Below are positions 12,301-25,266 of a stretch of DNA of 64,000 nucleotides, piece by piece. The stretch spans positions 49,972,001 to 50,036,000 of the forward strand of contig NC_042998.1 in assembly GCF_006345805.1 (NCBI RefSeq), in the 5' to 3' direction. The stretch comes from Octopus sinensis (lineage: Eukaryota). The notes beneath the pieces were generated by a model. The model searched no databases, was not told the origin of the DNA, and was given only the letters and a program-made list of their open reading frames with translations. Position 1 is the first letter of the stretch. Each line of letters starts with the position of its first letter. Position numbers and translations under genes: made by a program.

Positions 12301-13513
12301 TCAAGTTTCTCAAGTTGTTCCCAAGTTTCTTCAGGACTATACTTCCACCTCTCTCGGACTCGCACTGTTGCTACCTCTCAAGAATTACCTTTCCACTGAA
12401 CTTCGCCTGGATTACCACTGGATTTCCACCTTTCTGAATCTAACTATGTACTGTTGTTGACATGTAAACTATACTCCAGAATCAACGAGGAGCGTTGTGA
12501 GTTGATGAAAATGCTTCTAGAGGGTCGCTCAATATGATTAAGACAGCATTCTAATACTGTTCAAATCGCGCCTTCTCAATTTTAAAAGCGTTTTTTTAGA
12601 AATAGGGATATGCTCCATCGGTACCAATGAGCGGTAAAGTGTAAGCGAATTCTAAGTAATCTTTGTAAGATAGTATCTTCATATTCTAAAAATATACAGC
12701 ACGTCGTTATACTATAATAATAATAAGTTTATAATTTATAGTGCTCAGGTGCGCTTCAACTTATTAGAAAAGAGTAAAAGAGAAGACTGAAAACAAAGCA
12801 GAAATATGTCAAATAAAGACCGAACTGAAGTCAAAAGTGCTAGAACAGCACACAGAATGCATTTAGAAACAACGGACAAGAGTATACAGTAAATGAGCCA
12901 TAAAGGTATAAGAATGTCTTGGTGTGTCAAAAAGAATGTTGGGTGAATTTCAAGGAACATAGTTCTTTTTTTTTAAAGGATTCCATGTCCTGACAGCTAA
13001 TAAGCCAACATGGGTAGTTTATGCTATGTTTCAATAATTCTGAGTATGAATGTTTCCGAAGTCATGGGTGCTATGCTGTTCTTTTTTAATTATTAACTTT
13101 AAAAGCATGCTAGCGGGTTGCGCGTTGTCATATCAGTACGAATCCAAGTTAAGCCGAATTTTATATCATATGAGACTATTCTACATTGTACAATATGCAA
13201 AATCGCTAGGGCACTTGAACAAAATATCAGTCAAGTACTGGTCTCGATGTGAGCGAGTTGTCCACATTCCCAGAATTCAAGCCATGAGCCGATACTGGAA
13301 ACAGTGTTCTACATATGTCGGATATAAAATCTACGATTGATATTATTCTCAAACCCTCTTTCTGGTTGTGCAAACGTACATGAAATATAACATCGTTTGG
13401 TGATTTCGCGCCAACAAAATTCAGATATTTCGAAAAACTGTCGAAAATTCAGATAGTTATAGCAAAATGCATAAAAGAAAATGACTAAATTGATGACAAA
13501 TTTCATATACATG

Positions 13514-13735
13514 CGACGGGGTGATGACAAGTTCCTGGCTTTGGTGAAAAGAGAAAATACAGGAGGATCGGTTAATTATGATTTAATTCAACACATTCCC
13601 CTCTCAGATTTACACACTTATTGCAGCGATCCTACAGTTTTTCTAAGCTCTGTAAAGAACTCGGAAGGTTGGGCCTCCAGCCAGGCCTTTCGCGACACCC
13701 TTAAAGCCAGGAACGTTTCAGCCCTCTTCCCCTCG
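13514..13735 (-). mobile_element. Mariner-derived MITE (same family)
   Basis: TIR-bounded, homologous to 7293-7507, followed by TA. Confidence 0.75.
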
Positions 13736-14534
13736 TATGTCCCGTCCTATGTCTTGTTATTGAGCCTTTGATCAATACTAATGGGGCAGAATTTGATCAA
13801 AAGCATTTCAGTAGTGACCATCTCGACATTTTCCCCAATACAATGTGTATTCGAGAATGCAATTTATAAAGTAAATTGATTACACCGGGCGAAATGGTTA
13901 GCAACATTTCGTCCGTCTTTACGTTCGGAGTTCAATTTCCACCGAGGTTGACTTTGCTTTCGTCTCATCGATTCGATAAAATAAGTACCAGTTGAACACT
14001 GGGGTCGAAGTAATTAACACACCCCTTACTTAGAAATTACTGACCTTGTACCAAAATGTGAAACCAAATTTATGACGAAGATTATTAATGGCAGAATTGT
14101 TAGAAGGTCGGACGAAATTCACTCTGTTCGTTCCTGGCTTAAGTTCTGCTTAGGTTATCTTAGGATTTCACTCATTCGGGGGTCAATAAAATAAACTACC
14201 AGGCGTGTACAGGAACCGATGATATCAACTTAATTCTCCACTCAAAACTACTGGCCTTGTGGTTAAACTACGAATCAGTCATCATCATCATCATCAGTAG
14301 CAGCAGTAACAGCAGCGACGGCGGCGGCAGTAGTAGTAGTAGTAGTAGTAGTAGTAGTTGTTGTTGTTGTAGAAGTGGCTGTAGTCTACCGTTCTCTTAC
14401 ATCTATGATCTTACTAAATCAATGCATCAGATTTTGAATGGAAGAATTGGTCTACAAATTTCATTTCCATGTGTCAAGTCTTGACCGATCCTCATTCAGA
14501 TGTTGATGAATTAGTTTCGTCGTTATTTATTGTC

Positions 14535-14630
14535 TATGTATGTATGTATGTATGTATGTATGTATGTATGTATGTATGTATGTATGTATGTATGTATGTA
14601 TGTATGTATGTATGTATGCATGCATGTATG

Positions 14631-14664
<34 letters not shown>

Positions 14665-15176
14665 TGTATGCATGCATGTATGTATATATGTATGTGCCTA
14701 TGTATGTATGTATACACACATACACAGAGATGTTTGTATTTTATGCATATGCTTGCATATATGTGTTTATGCAAACGCACACACACACACACACACAAAT
14801 ATATATATATACGTATATATACATACATACATACATACATACATACATACATACATACATACATACATACATACATACAAACCTATTGATATCGATATCT
14901 ATATTTATCTATCCATCTATCTAGTTATCTATCTGGTGTGTTTGTGTGTGTGTTTGTGTGTGTGTCTTTATAATCACATGCACAGGCACAACACATATAC
15001 ACACATATATATATACATACGGAGACAGACAGATAAGTATATACGTGTTTAGAGAAACACATCGATCAATAGATAGATAGAGAAAATGACAGACACACGC
15101 ACATAGTTAGATAGATAGATAGATAGATAGATTGATAGATAGATAGACAGATAGATAGATAGATAGATAGATAGAT

Positions 15177-15226
<50 letters not shown>

Positions 15227-15235
15227 CAGACAGAT
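14535..15235. repeat. Compound (TATG)n/(CA)n/(ATAC)n/(GATA)n microsatellites
   Basis: Direct reading; source of many spurious ORFs. Confidence 0.95.
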
Positions 15236-16580
15236 GCACACGTAAGAACACATGTACTGATACACATACGAGAGAAAAAAGATACATATAAGCATATATA
15301 TATATAATTTATACATTCACATTTATATTCCAAAGTATAGACACGATACATACAGAAACCTATATACACACCTGTACGCACACATGATACGTTTTTATAA
15401 ATACTGTCTTTTGAACAACGCTATTTACATTATGCATGTATGTAGATCCTTTAAGCTGAACCAATTTTGCGGACTGCCATCTGTTTTAGATTCCTTCGCC
15501 TACCTCCATAACTAAATTCCATTCCCATCTTGCCCGGTCAGCTGAGACAACTTATTCTTCCTTGTCTAATCGATAAGAAGACAGAGCGAAAAATATTTTC
15601 ATGGGAAGACGTCGGACACAGACTAACCCATGCAGCTTTGGCTGCTGTCTCCATTAAGCCGTTGGCAATGCGTTTTCCGTCTTTGGGCCGGCAAACATTT
15701 GAAGAAGATAATAATTCTTGAGTGGCATTCCACTCACCGAGAAATGGTGACAGATACAGGTTTTCTCTCTGGAATAAATTCCTGACTGCTTGCCTTGCAC
15801 ACAAGCATTTCGACGTTTGTTATGGTCAAATAAACAAACCAATTAAAGTGTATAAATAAACTAAAAGCTACCTGAGCTGTTGTGCAGCAATGCGTAAGAT
15901 TTGAAAACTGAGGATGGAGGCGCCATTCCATCCTGGCTTGCAATTAAATTTTAATTTGACATATTTCATCGTTGCAGCTAATGTACATTACTAACGATAT
16001 CATTTAGCAGCATTAAGTGTGATGGATTGGCAAAAGGCCGTGTGGTACTTAGTCTGACATTTTACGTTCTGAGTTCAAATCCTGCCGAGGTCAACTTGAC
16101 TTCTATATTTTCGGATATTGCTAAAACAAAGTACAAGCATTGAGGCTGATGTAATCTATTGACCAATCATTCAAAAGCGCGCGCTCACACACACACTCAT
16201 ACACACACACATACACACACACACATACATACTTACACACACACACACACGAACAGACAAAATAACACATTTAATAAAAGCCAATTTGGCTAAAGAAGTT
16301 TCCATACTGAATGAGATTTCCGGTTGAGGGACGGAAAGATTTATACATTATACAATAATTATACGGTGGTCTTAAATATAATCTGTAATTTAGTAATGAC
16401 CAGGAAACAGGGACGAATAGCAGTTCCAATACAAAGTTGCTTGTGGTTATTCACTAGCATATGCATTCTAAGCGAACATCTTTCGTGAAACTTCAGTTGA
16501 CTTGGAATTCATCCTCGATATTATACAAATAAACAAATGTATCGAGAAGTCTTTGTTCTTGTCAGCAATTCTAAGCGTCA

Positions 16581-16654
<74 letters not shown>

Positions 16655-17055
16655 GTGACCAAGGTTACCGTGGTCTTTTTCGTAGGCTTTTCTTCCCACG
16701 GATAAACCTTACTTGCTTTCCCCTTTACACCATATATCATAACACTGTGATACACGATCCCTATTGATCGTTCTTTTTTTTTTCCTCTTCCCCTTTTTTC
16801 CCCTTTTTTCTTCTTTTTTCATTTCTCTTTCCTTTTGTTCCTTTTCCTTTTCTTTTTTTTCTTTTTATTCTTTTTATTTTAATCAATTTTTTTTGTTTTT
16901 GTTCTTTTCTTCCCTTTTACGATCCCTCTTGATCAAAAACCTACGCCACCCACTTTTTTTTCTTTTGTTTTTTGTTCTCTTCATCCTCCAAAAGAAAAGC
17001 TCTACCTTGTAACTTGTCCCATCTGTGTGCAGCCCTGTGTGGCCAATAAAGAAAC
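16655..17055 (+). mobile_element. 3'UTR-only copy of the same Tx1-like LINE
   Basis: TGACCAAGGTTACCGTGG...AATAAAGAAAC aligns to 18772-19082. Preceded by (TATC)n 16581-16654 and followed by (TATC)n 17056-17155. Confidence 0.85.
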
Positions 17056-17155
<100 letters not shown>

Positions 17156-18697
17156 GGACATCTATCGAGACCTTTCGACATTGCACGTTCGGTCCGTCAG
17201 GGATGCCCCCTCTCGGCGCTTCTATACGTATTGACTCTTGAGCCACTACTGCGGAAGCTGGCGACTCTAAGGGGCATCCCGCGAGAATTGGGATGCGGGA
17301 CGAGCGTGTCTGCATACGCGGACGACGTCACCGTCATAGTGTCTAGCCACGAACACATCGAGCTGGTCGGCGAGACACTGAAAAACTACGAAGCGGTGAC
17401 AGGAGCGAAAATCAACCGGGAAAAGTCAGTGGGCTTGCGACTAGGCACCTGGAGAAGCAAGCCCATGCCGTCCACCAGCGCCTCCGTCGTGGGACGCTGA
17501 CCGACGGCCCGTTGAGTTGCTCGGGGTCTGGTTTGGTCCGGACCTCCAAGTGGAGAAGAACTGGAACGAGATAACGAGTAGGGTGGTCACTCTCGCCCGG
17601 CAATGGGCCGAGAGGAAACTGTCCCTAAAAGGTCGAGCGGAGGTGGCGAACACGTACATCGCGTCCGTCATCTACTACCGCCTGACCGTCGTACATTGTC
17701 CCGACCCTACCATCACCAAACTACAACCATTCTCTTTCGTTCTTGTGGAAAGGATGCGTCCCGATGGTCAGGCGATCCATTTGCTGTCAACACCACGTTT
17801 AAAGGAGGGGCTGGGCATGCCGTGGTTGATGATGCGCAGACACGCGCTGAGACTGCGACATCTCTGGCTCTATGTAGACGACGGTGAACAGGTGTGGTCG
17901 CCGTTTGTGAGGCACGCTTTCCCGCAGCTCGTCTCCATGACCGAACTGCAGTCGTGGATCAAAAAGAGGCCGAGGAAGGGCGAATGGCACCGCGAGTGTC
18001 GCGTTGCTCTCAAGCAACTCTGCCGTCCTGGGTCGACCTTAAGTGACTTCAACACAACCAAAGCATTCTATAGGGGTTTAGTGGAGGGGAGGTACGACGA
18101 CGAGCTCGGGGCGAACCTGGACGTCGACGAGGAGTACCTGACCCGCCTGTTCAGGACGACTTTCGGGCCAGGGCCCATGGACAACTTCCAGAGATCCCTG
18201 GCCTGGCAGTGCTACCGAGAAGCGCTACCCGTTCGGGATAAGCTCTACAGACACGGCTCGAGAAACACGGGGCCGACCTGCCCGAGATGCGGTCAGAGCG
18301 ACGAAACCGTTCTGCACGCACTCGTTCAGTGTCCAACAATTTCCGACCTGTGGGCTTATGTCGAACAACTGCTGTCACGTGTGGGACGAGTCGGTTTATC
18401 AGCTGAGTCTATCGTCAATATTGTCACGCCTCCTTCCTTCAAACGGAAGGAAGAGCTATTTTCATCATCCTTGTGGCTATGGCGAAAGAATGTATCTGGT
18501 GGACGCGTCTGAAAGGATTGGAGACAAACACTTTCCTCTCTGGTCAATCTCTCATCAACTTCTTCAAGTACCACTTGAAAAGGAAAGTGAGAGTAGAGAG
18601 GCAAGTTTTGTCTAGCGAATGTTTTAAAAAAAGATGGGTGAATGTAGCAAGAATGGCACGTATGAATGACGAAGCCACCTTGAGCATAATCCTATGA
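17156..18697 (+). pseudogene. Frameshifted ORF2 remnant (RT C-terminal half, thumb, CCHC zinc finger)
   Basis: Stitched from ORFs 17027..17500, 17517..18512 and 18473..18697. Frameshifts near 17498-17512, 17725-17810 and ~18455; the alternative frames restore FLWKGCVPMVRRSICCQH and AMAKECIWWTRL. Confidence 0.85.
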
Positions 18698-19082
18698 ACC
18701 CAGAAATTGAAAACAGAGATTTGCTTATTTGCAAAAAAAAAAAAAAAAAAAAATAATAAATGTGACTTCATTGACCGAGGTTACCGTGGTCTTTTCCGTA
18801 GGCTTTTCTTTCCACGGTAACCTCACCTGTCCTCCCCTTTACACTTCATATTGACATTTCTGTGATAACGATCCCTATTGATCAATTTTTTTTTTTTTCT
18901 TTTTCCTCTACCCCTTTTTTTAACTCCCCCTTTTTTGTCCTCTTTCTCTCCTTTTACGATCCCTTTTGATCGAAACTCCCCCCCTTTCCTTTTTCTTTTT
19001 TTTTTTTTAAACCTTCAAAAGAAAAGCTCTACCTTGTAATTTGTTCTATCTGTGTGCAGCCCTGTGTGGCTAATAAAGAAAC
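17156..19082 (+). mobile_element. 5'-truncated non-LTR retrotransposon (LINE), L1/Tx1 clade
   Basis: Starts mid-RT (GHLSRPFDIARSVRQGCPLSALLYVLTLEPLLRKL...SAYADDVTVIV), then thumb region, zf-RVT-like motif ALPVRDKL...CPRCGQSDETVLHALVQC and stop at 18695-18697. A ~385-nt pyrimidine-rich 3'UTR ends AATAAAGAAAC. Flanked on both sides by (TATC)n. Confidence 0.9.
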
Positions 19083-19109
19083 ATATCTATCTATCTATCT
19101 ATCTATATA

Positions 19110-19161
<52 letters not shown>

Positions 19162-19195
19162 CCTATCTACTTATCTATCTATCTATTGATGTATG

Positions 19196-19235
<40 letters not shown>

Positions 19236-19236
<1 letters not shown>

Positions 19237-19640
19237 TCTCTTTACTCTCTTTTACTTGTTTCAGTCATTTGACTGCGGTCATGCTGGAGCACCGCCTTTA
19301 GTCGAGCAAATCGACACCAGGACTTATTTTTTGTAAGCCTAGTACTTATTCTATCTGTCTCTTTTGCCGAACCGCTAAGTTACGGGGACGTAAGCACACC
19401 AGCATCAGCTGTGAAGCGATGTTGGGGTGGGGACAAACACAGACATACAACCCCCCACACATATATATACATATATACGACGGGCTTCTTTCAGTTTTCG
19501 TCTACCAAATCCACTCACAAGGCTTTGGTCGGCCCGAGGCTATAGTAGAAGACACTTGCCCAAGGTGCCACGCAGTGGGACTGAACCCGGAACCATGTGG
19601 TTAGTAACCAATTTACCTACCACACAGCCACTCCTGCGCC
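19236..19640 (-). mobile_element. OK-like SINE, full length
   Basis: Reverse complement of the 35765-36171 family. Confidence 0.85.
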
Positions 19641-20114
19641 TATATGTATATATATACACACGCAGACACATATACATATATGTGTGAATAGAGCATGTAT
19701 ATGTTGTGAGTTTACATTTGGATTTCTTGATTGAAGAAAACAATTTCGCATGATGGGTTACGCTTCAATTGCATGACATTACCAATTATTTCACTGCCTA
19801 TATTTGATGACACTGCGATGAATATGACTAAGTGTGTTGCTTTGGCCACATACTTGATGGACTATCGACATGCAATACACCATCTCAAAATGTTCAGAGA
19901 TGGGAAGAAGTTATGTGCGCGTAAGCGTACGAATTTGTGCGCGTGTAAACCGTATAAATACATATACGTGCATCCATACATATACATACATACATACATA
20001 CATACACACATACATACATACACACATACATACACACATAAATACATGCATTTATATGTACATAAGTACATATATATACGGCGGACGTTAAACGATGATG
20101 ATGATATATATATA

Positions 20115-20165
<51 letters not shown>

Positions 20166-21061
20166 ATATATATATATAGATATATATGTTGTGTTTTTTG
20201 TGCTTTCTTGTTTGGATTAACTTTATATAGATATATACATACATAGATACGAATATATATACGTGTATGTATAGCTGTATATATGTATATATATATATGT
20301 GTGTGTTTATATGCATGTATATATGTATATATATATATATATAGTATGCATTGAATACACACACACAAACACGCACACATGCATACACACACACACACAC
20401 ACATAATGTATGTGTTGGAGAGACGAAAAGGGAAAACGAGTGTGGGGAATTTCTTCTTACAGATTCTTTGATTTATGATTTGAAATGTATATTGTGAAAA
20501 TTATTAAATATAGCTTTAAACAAACTGTTCTGTTTTAAATTTATTGACTTAAATAATGAATAAAAATAAAGCTGATGTAAATAAATAAATGTATAGCACC
20601 GCACCAAGAGAAAAAAAAAGCGAAGTATGTATCACACGATGAGTAATATTCGGAATAAATTATTGTAGTAGGAACTAGACATAACTTGCATGTATGTATG
20701 TATTTGTTTTGGCAGAGTACAATATCATATATATATATATATAGATATATATATATATATATATATATGAATACATAAACACACATATCAATGTATGTGT
20801 ATACATGTATTGGCAGAAGACAATATATGTACACTCACATACACACATACACGCACAAACTGAACTGGCAAAAAGAAAAAGTTCAGAGCTTCTGCAAACA
20901 GTTTGAATAAGCTACCTCCGTCGAAAATTCAAATTTCACTGTCAACAAATTATGATAAATATGAACATCACCAGTGGAAGGTCATAGAAAGCCATGAAGT
21001 ATAAACTTTCTTTATAACTGCTTGGTGTGAAATTTACATAGGTAGTTGGGGTGATATATTC

Positions 21062-21860
21062 TTTTCTACTCTAAGGCACATAGGCACGAAAGTATTGTGG
21101 AGCGGGCCAGTCGATTACATCGACCCCATTACGCAACTGGTACTTAATTTATCGACACCGAAAAGGTGAAAGGCAAAGTCGACCTCAGCGGAATTTGAAC
21201 TCAGTACGTAAAGACAAATCAAATACAGCTAAACATTTCGCCCGGCGTGTTAACGTTTCTTATTTCTTTACTGACCACAAGGGGCTAAACACAGAGAGGA
21301 CAAACAAGGACAGACAAACGGATTAAGTCGATTATATCGACCCCAGTGCGTAACTGGTACTTATTTAATCGACCCCGAAAGGATGAAAGGCAAAGGCGAC
21401 GCCGGCAGAATTTGAACTCAGAACGTAGCGGCAGACGAAATACCTATTTCTTTACTACCCACAAGAGGCTAAACACAGAGAGAACAAATAAGGACAGAGA
21501 GACGGATTAAGTCGATTATATCGACCCAAATGCGTAACTGGTATTTATTTAATCGACCCCGAAAGGATGAAAGGCAAAGTCGACCTCGGCGGAATTTGAG
21601 CTCAGAACGTAGCGGCAGACGAAATACCTATTTGTTTACTACCCACAACGGGCTAAACACAGAGGAGACAAACAAGGACAGACAGACGGATTAAGTCGAT
21701 TAGATCGACCCCAGTGCACAACCGGTACTTAATTTATCGACCCCGAAACGATGAAAAGCAAGTCGACCTCGGTGGAATTTGAACTCAGAACGTAACGGCA
21801 GACGAAATACGGCTATGCATTTCGCCAAGCGTGATAACGGTTCTGCCAGCTCGCCTCCTT
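21062..21860 (-). mobile_element. S1 SINE head-to-tail tetramer
   Basis: One complete head, four bodies, three A-type tails and a terminal B-type tail. Flanking GGGGTGATATA direct repeat at 21048-21058 and 21866-21876. Confidence 0.85.
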
Positions 21861-22786
21861 AACTGGGGGTGATATAATGTTAGGAGAGAATGACTTTTAA
21901 AAATATATTCTTTGTTATACATTTCTCACCTCTTCTACCCAGAGAGTTCGTATTCGTTATTTTTATCTTTACATTAAAAAGCGAACGTACTCTAGAAAGC
22001 CTTACATACAAATTGTCCATGAGAGAATATAGCTTCACTTCTCTTCATTTTCTTCCATTGTGACTATGTCGTTAAAATTATTGCAATTATGTTGAAAGAG
22101 GCTAGTGTATAATAAACTCTCAAACAATATCAACAATCTGAAAACATCAAAGACAGAAATTATGTATCATATTATGATGCTAGAGCGAGCAGACTTTATT
22201 ACTAAAAACTTTGACAAATACTACTCTATATTCGTATGAGAGAATCGTGCATGTGACTGGACCTGAAGGCTTGAAACCACCGATTCAGAGAACAAAGTAC
22301 GTTAGTAAGTATAGTGGCTATGTCATTCCTTGGTATGTAAGTATATATGTGTATATAAAGCATATATATCCTTCTTTGATGAACAACGTTAATAATATTC
22401 ATTATTAAAGAATTACGTGTAAAATATATTGTGTCATCAACGATCTTCCATACGCACAGTGTGAAGTTGATGACCGAAACTAAATAACGTTGTACAATGG
22501 ACAGTATGTTTTTTGAATCACATAGTCAATGTTTGTCGCTCTGATGTATTTAATATACAAGCTGAATTAAATGTATGTATGTATGTATGTATGTATGTAT
22601 GTATGTATGTATGTAGTGAGAGAAAGGAACGTGAGCTATAAAAGCAATTTGTTGATGCACCTCATAAGGCTGTGAACGGTAAAGTTTATCTGAACGTTAA
22701 AATTGTTGCGCACTCTATCTATCTATATCTATCTATCATCTATCTATCTATCTATCTATCTATGCATACATACATACATACATACA

Positions 22787-22855
<69 letters not shown>

Positions 22856-23444
22856 AGAGAGGGGGAAGAGAGGAAGAGTGAGGAGTAGAAAGATCTGTAG
22901 AAGAGAAGAAAAAATAGCATTGGTCATGCAGGAATGGTCAATTTTTTCCTGTAAACATCGACATTTAGAAAGTTCTGGAAAACAATTTTTTTTGAAACCA
23001 ATTTCCTTGATGTGTTTATTGATTTATTTGTTCTAATTATTTATCTACTTGTTTGATGTTCTGCTTAAAAAAATTGTTCAAAATTTCATGATTTTTGTGA
23101 CTTTAATTGTTTGTACAACTAGATACGCACCATGCTTCCAGAACACTTTATATATGTTGTCTCTATTCGGCTAGTTAGATCTGCTAGAAATAACAACGAA
23201 ATCGCCATGAAATCATAACATTACTGCCTTAAGTAAGGGGAACAGCACATTGCATAGCATGCTCTTAGACACACTAGAGTAAAAAAAAAACGGAAGATAG
23301 ATTGATAACGGCTCTCGATCAAAATTGTAAATTTTTAATCAGAGATTATCTTTTTAAAGACCAACCCAGCATCACCGCTGCTGCTCCCCCTCCTCCTGCT
23401 CCTGCTCCTGATCCTCCTCCTCCTACTACTACTCCTTTTTACAA

Positions 23445-23600
23445 AAGACACCCGGCCTGAAATTTCCTTGTGGGCGGAGGGGCGGATAAGACGATCACTC
23501 CACTGGTACTTAATTTATCGACCCCGAAAGGATGGAAAGCAAAGTCAACTTTGGCGGAATTTGAACTCAGAACGTAAGGTCGGACAAAATGCCACAATGC

Positions 23601-23652
<52 letters not shown>

Positions 23653-23881
23653 TGATGATGATGATGATAATGATTTCAAATTTTTACCACAAGGGCAGCT
23701 TAGGGGAGGGGATTAAATCGATTACATCAACCCCAGTGTTCAACTTGTACTTATTTTATCGACCTCGAAAGGATGAAAGGCAAAGTCAACCTCGGCGTAA
23801 TTTGAACTGTGAACGAAGCGACGGGCGAAATACTGCTAAGCATTTCGTCCAGCGCGCTAACGATTCGGTCAGCTCGCTGCC

Positions 23882-23885
<4 letters not shown>
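23445..23885 (-). mobile_element. Two S1 SINEs separated by (AAT)n/(GAT)n
   Basis: S1 body and B-type tails. Confidence 0.75.
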
Positions 23886-23934
<49 letters not shown>

Positions 23935-24417
23935 GATGGTGATGATAATGCATTGTTAATTAATTAACAAACCCTTCACCTGAACTACAGAGCTATATTA
24001 TTTATGTAGCATTTCATAATGGACATTTAGCCATTTCTGGTTCCACGTCTCTTAAGTAGATCTGCTTAATCATGGTTGAATTGGGGTTAACTGACAATAA
24101 CAGCAACAACAATGACAACATCAACAACAACATGGTAGAGGTAAGATTGCTAATACAGATACTCTCCAAATGGGTATTTCTTTCTCCTCAATGTACGTTG
24201 CTTTGTTCCTTTAGACAATTAGAAGGTATAATCCTTGTTCCAAAATGGAAGCCTATTGCACAAGCATTAATTAATAGTAGACAGCGACTCAGACAGAGCT
24301 AGATGTGTAGCATTATTCTTGTTAAGTGACTTTATCTTTTGGGTTAGCCTTTGTTATATAATATACAGTAGCAAGGCAATAAATATCTGCAGAATGAACT
24401 GAACTAGCTATGAGGTA

Positions 24418-24874
24418 AGAGGGAGTGCTGAAACGTTCCTAACTTTGGGTTAAGAAAATACAGCAGGATCAGTTAATTATGATTTTATTCAACATACCAG
24501 CGGTGGTGCCCCAGCATGGCCGCGGCCTTCGGGCTAAAACATTTTAAAGGATTTAAGGATTTAAGGATATACCTATTTTTTTACTGCCCACAAGGGGCTA
24601 CGTACAGAGAGGACGAACAAGGACGATAAACGGATTAAGTCAATTACATCGACTCCGAAAGGATGAAAGGCAAAGTCGACCTCGGCGGAATTTGAACTCA
24701 GAACGTAGCGGCAGAGACGAAATACCTATTTCTTTACTATCACTCTCAGATTCATACGCTTATTGCAGTGGCCCTTCAGTTTTTCTAAGCCCTGTAAAAG
24801 AACTCGGATGGTTGGGCTTCCAACCACGCCTTTTGCGACACCTTTAAAGCCAGGAACGTTTCAGCACCCCCTCG
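24418..24874 (-). mobile_element. Mariner-derived MITE with nested OK-tail and S1 fragments (24496-24738)
   Basis: TA flanks at both ends; the two halves align to 13514-13735. Confidence 0.75.
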
Positions 24875-25029
24875 TATGTGGTGGATGTTAAAGTGAGCAT
24901 AATGTTAATCATAACCAACTTCCTGTGTCGTATGACTGCCTCGTAAACAATAAAGATTACACACTCTCACACGTACGCATGGTCATACATACATAAACGC
25001 ATCTATTCATTTATTCAGGCACCACAATG

Positions 25030-25160
25030 AAGAGTATATTTTCTTCGCTCTCTCTCCACTTTTCCCCCTCTAAATCGTTTCTATCGAAGAGCATAGGTTC
25101 GAAACGTCAAATACTTTTCCATTCTTCTTGAGCGTCAGACTTATACATCTGCTTGTTTCC
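25030..25160 (+). mobile_element. Penelope-like terminal repeat fragment with degenerate hammerhead-like motif
   Basis: ttt-ctatcga-a-gagc-atag-gttc-gaaacgtc-aaa at 25078-25112. Confidence 0.5.
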
Positions 25161-25169
25161 TCATCTATT

Positions 25170-25266
<97 letters not shown>

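Noticed and set aside
15430-15960. Possible decayed mariner transposase on the minus strand
   Set aside because: Only vague motif resemblance, with no clear DDD/E motifs or TIRs.
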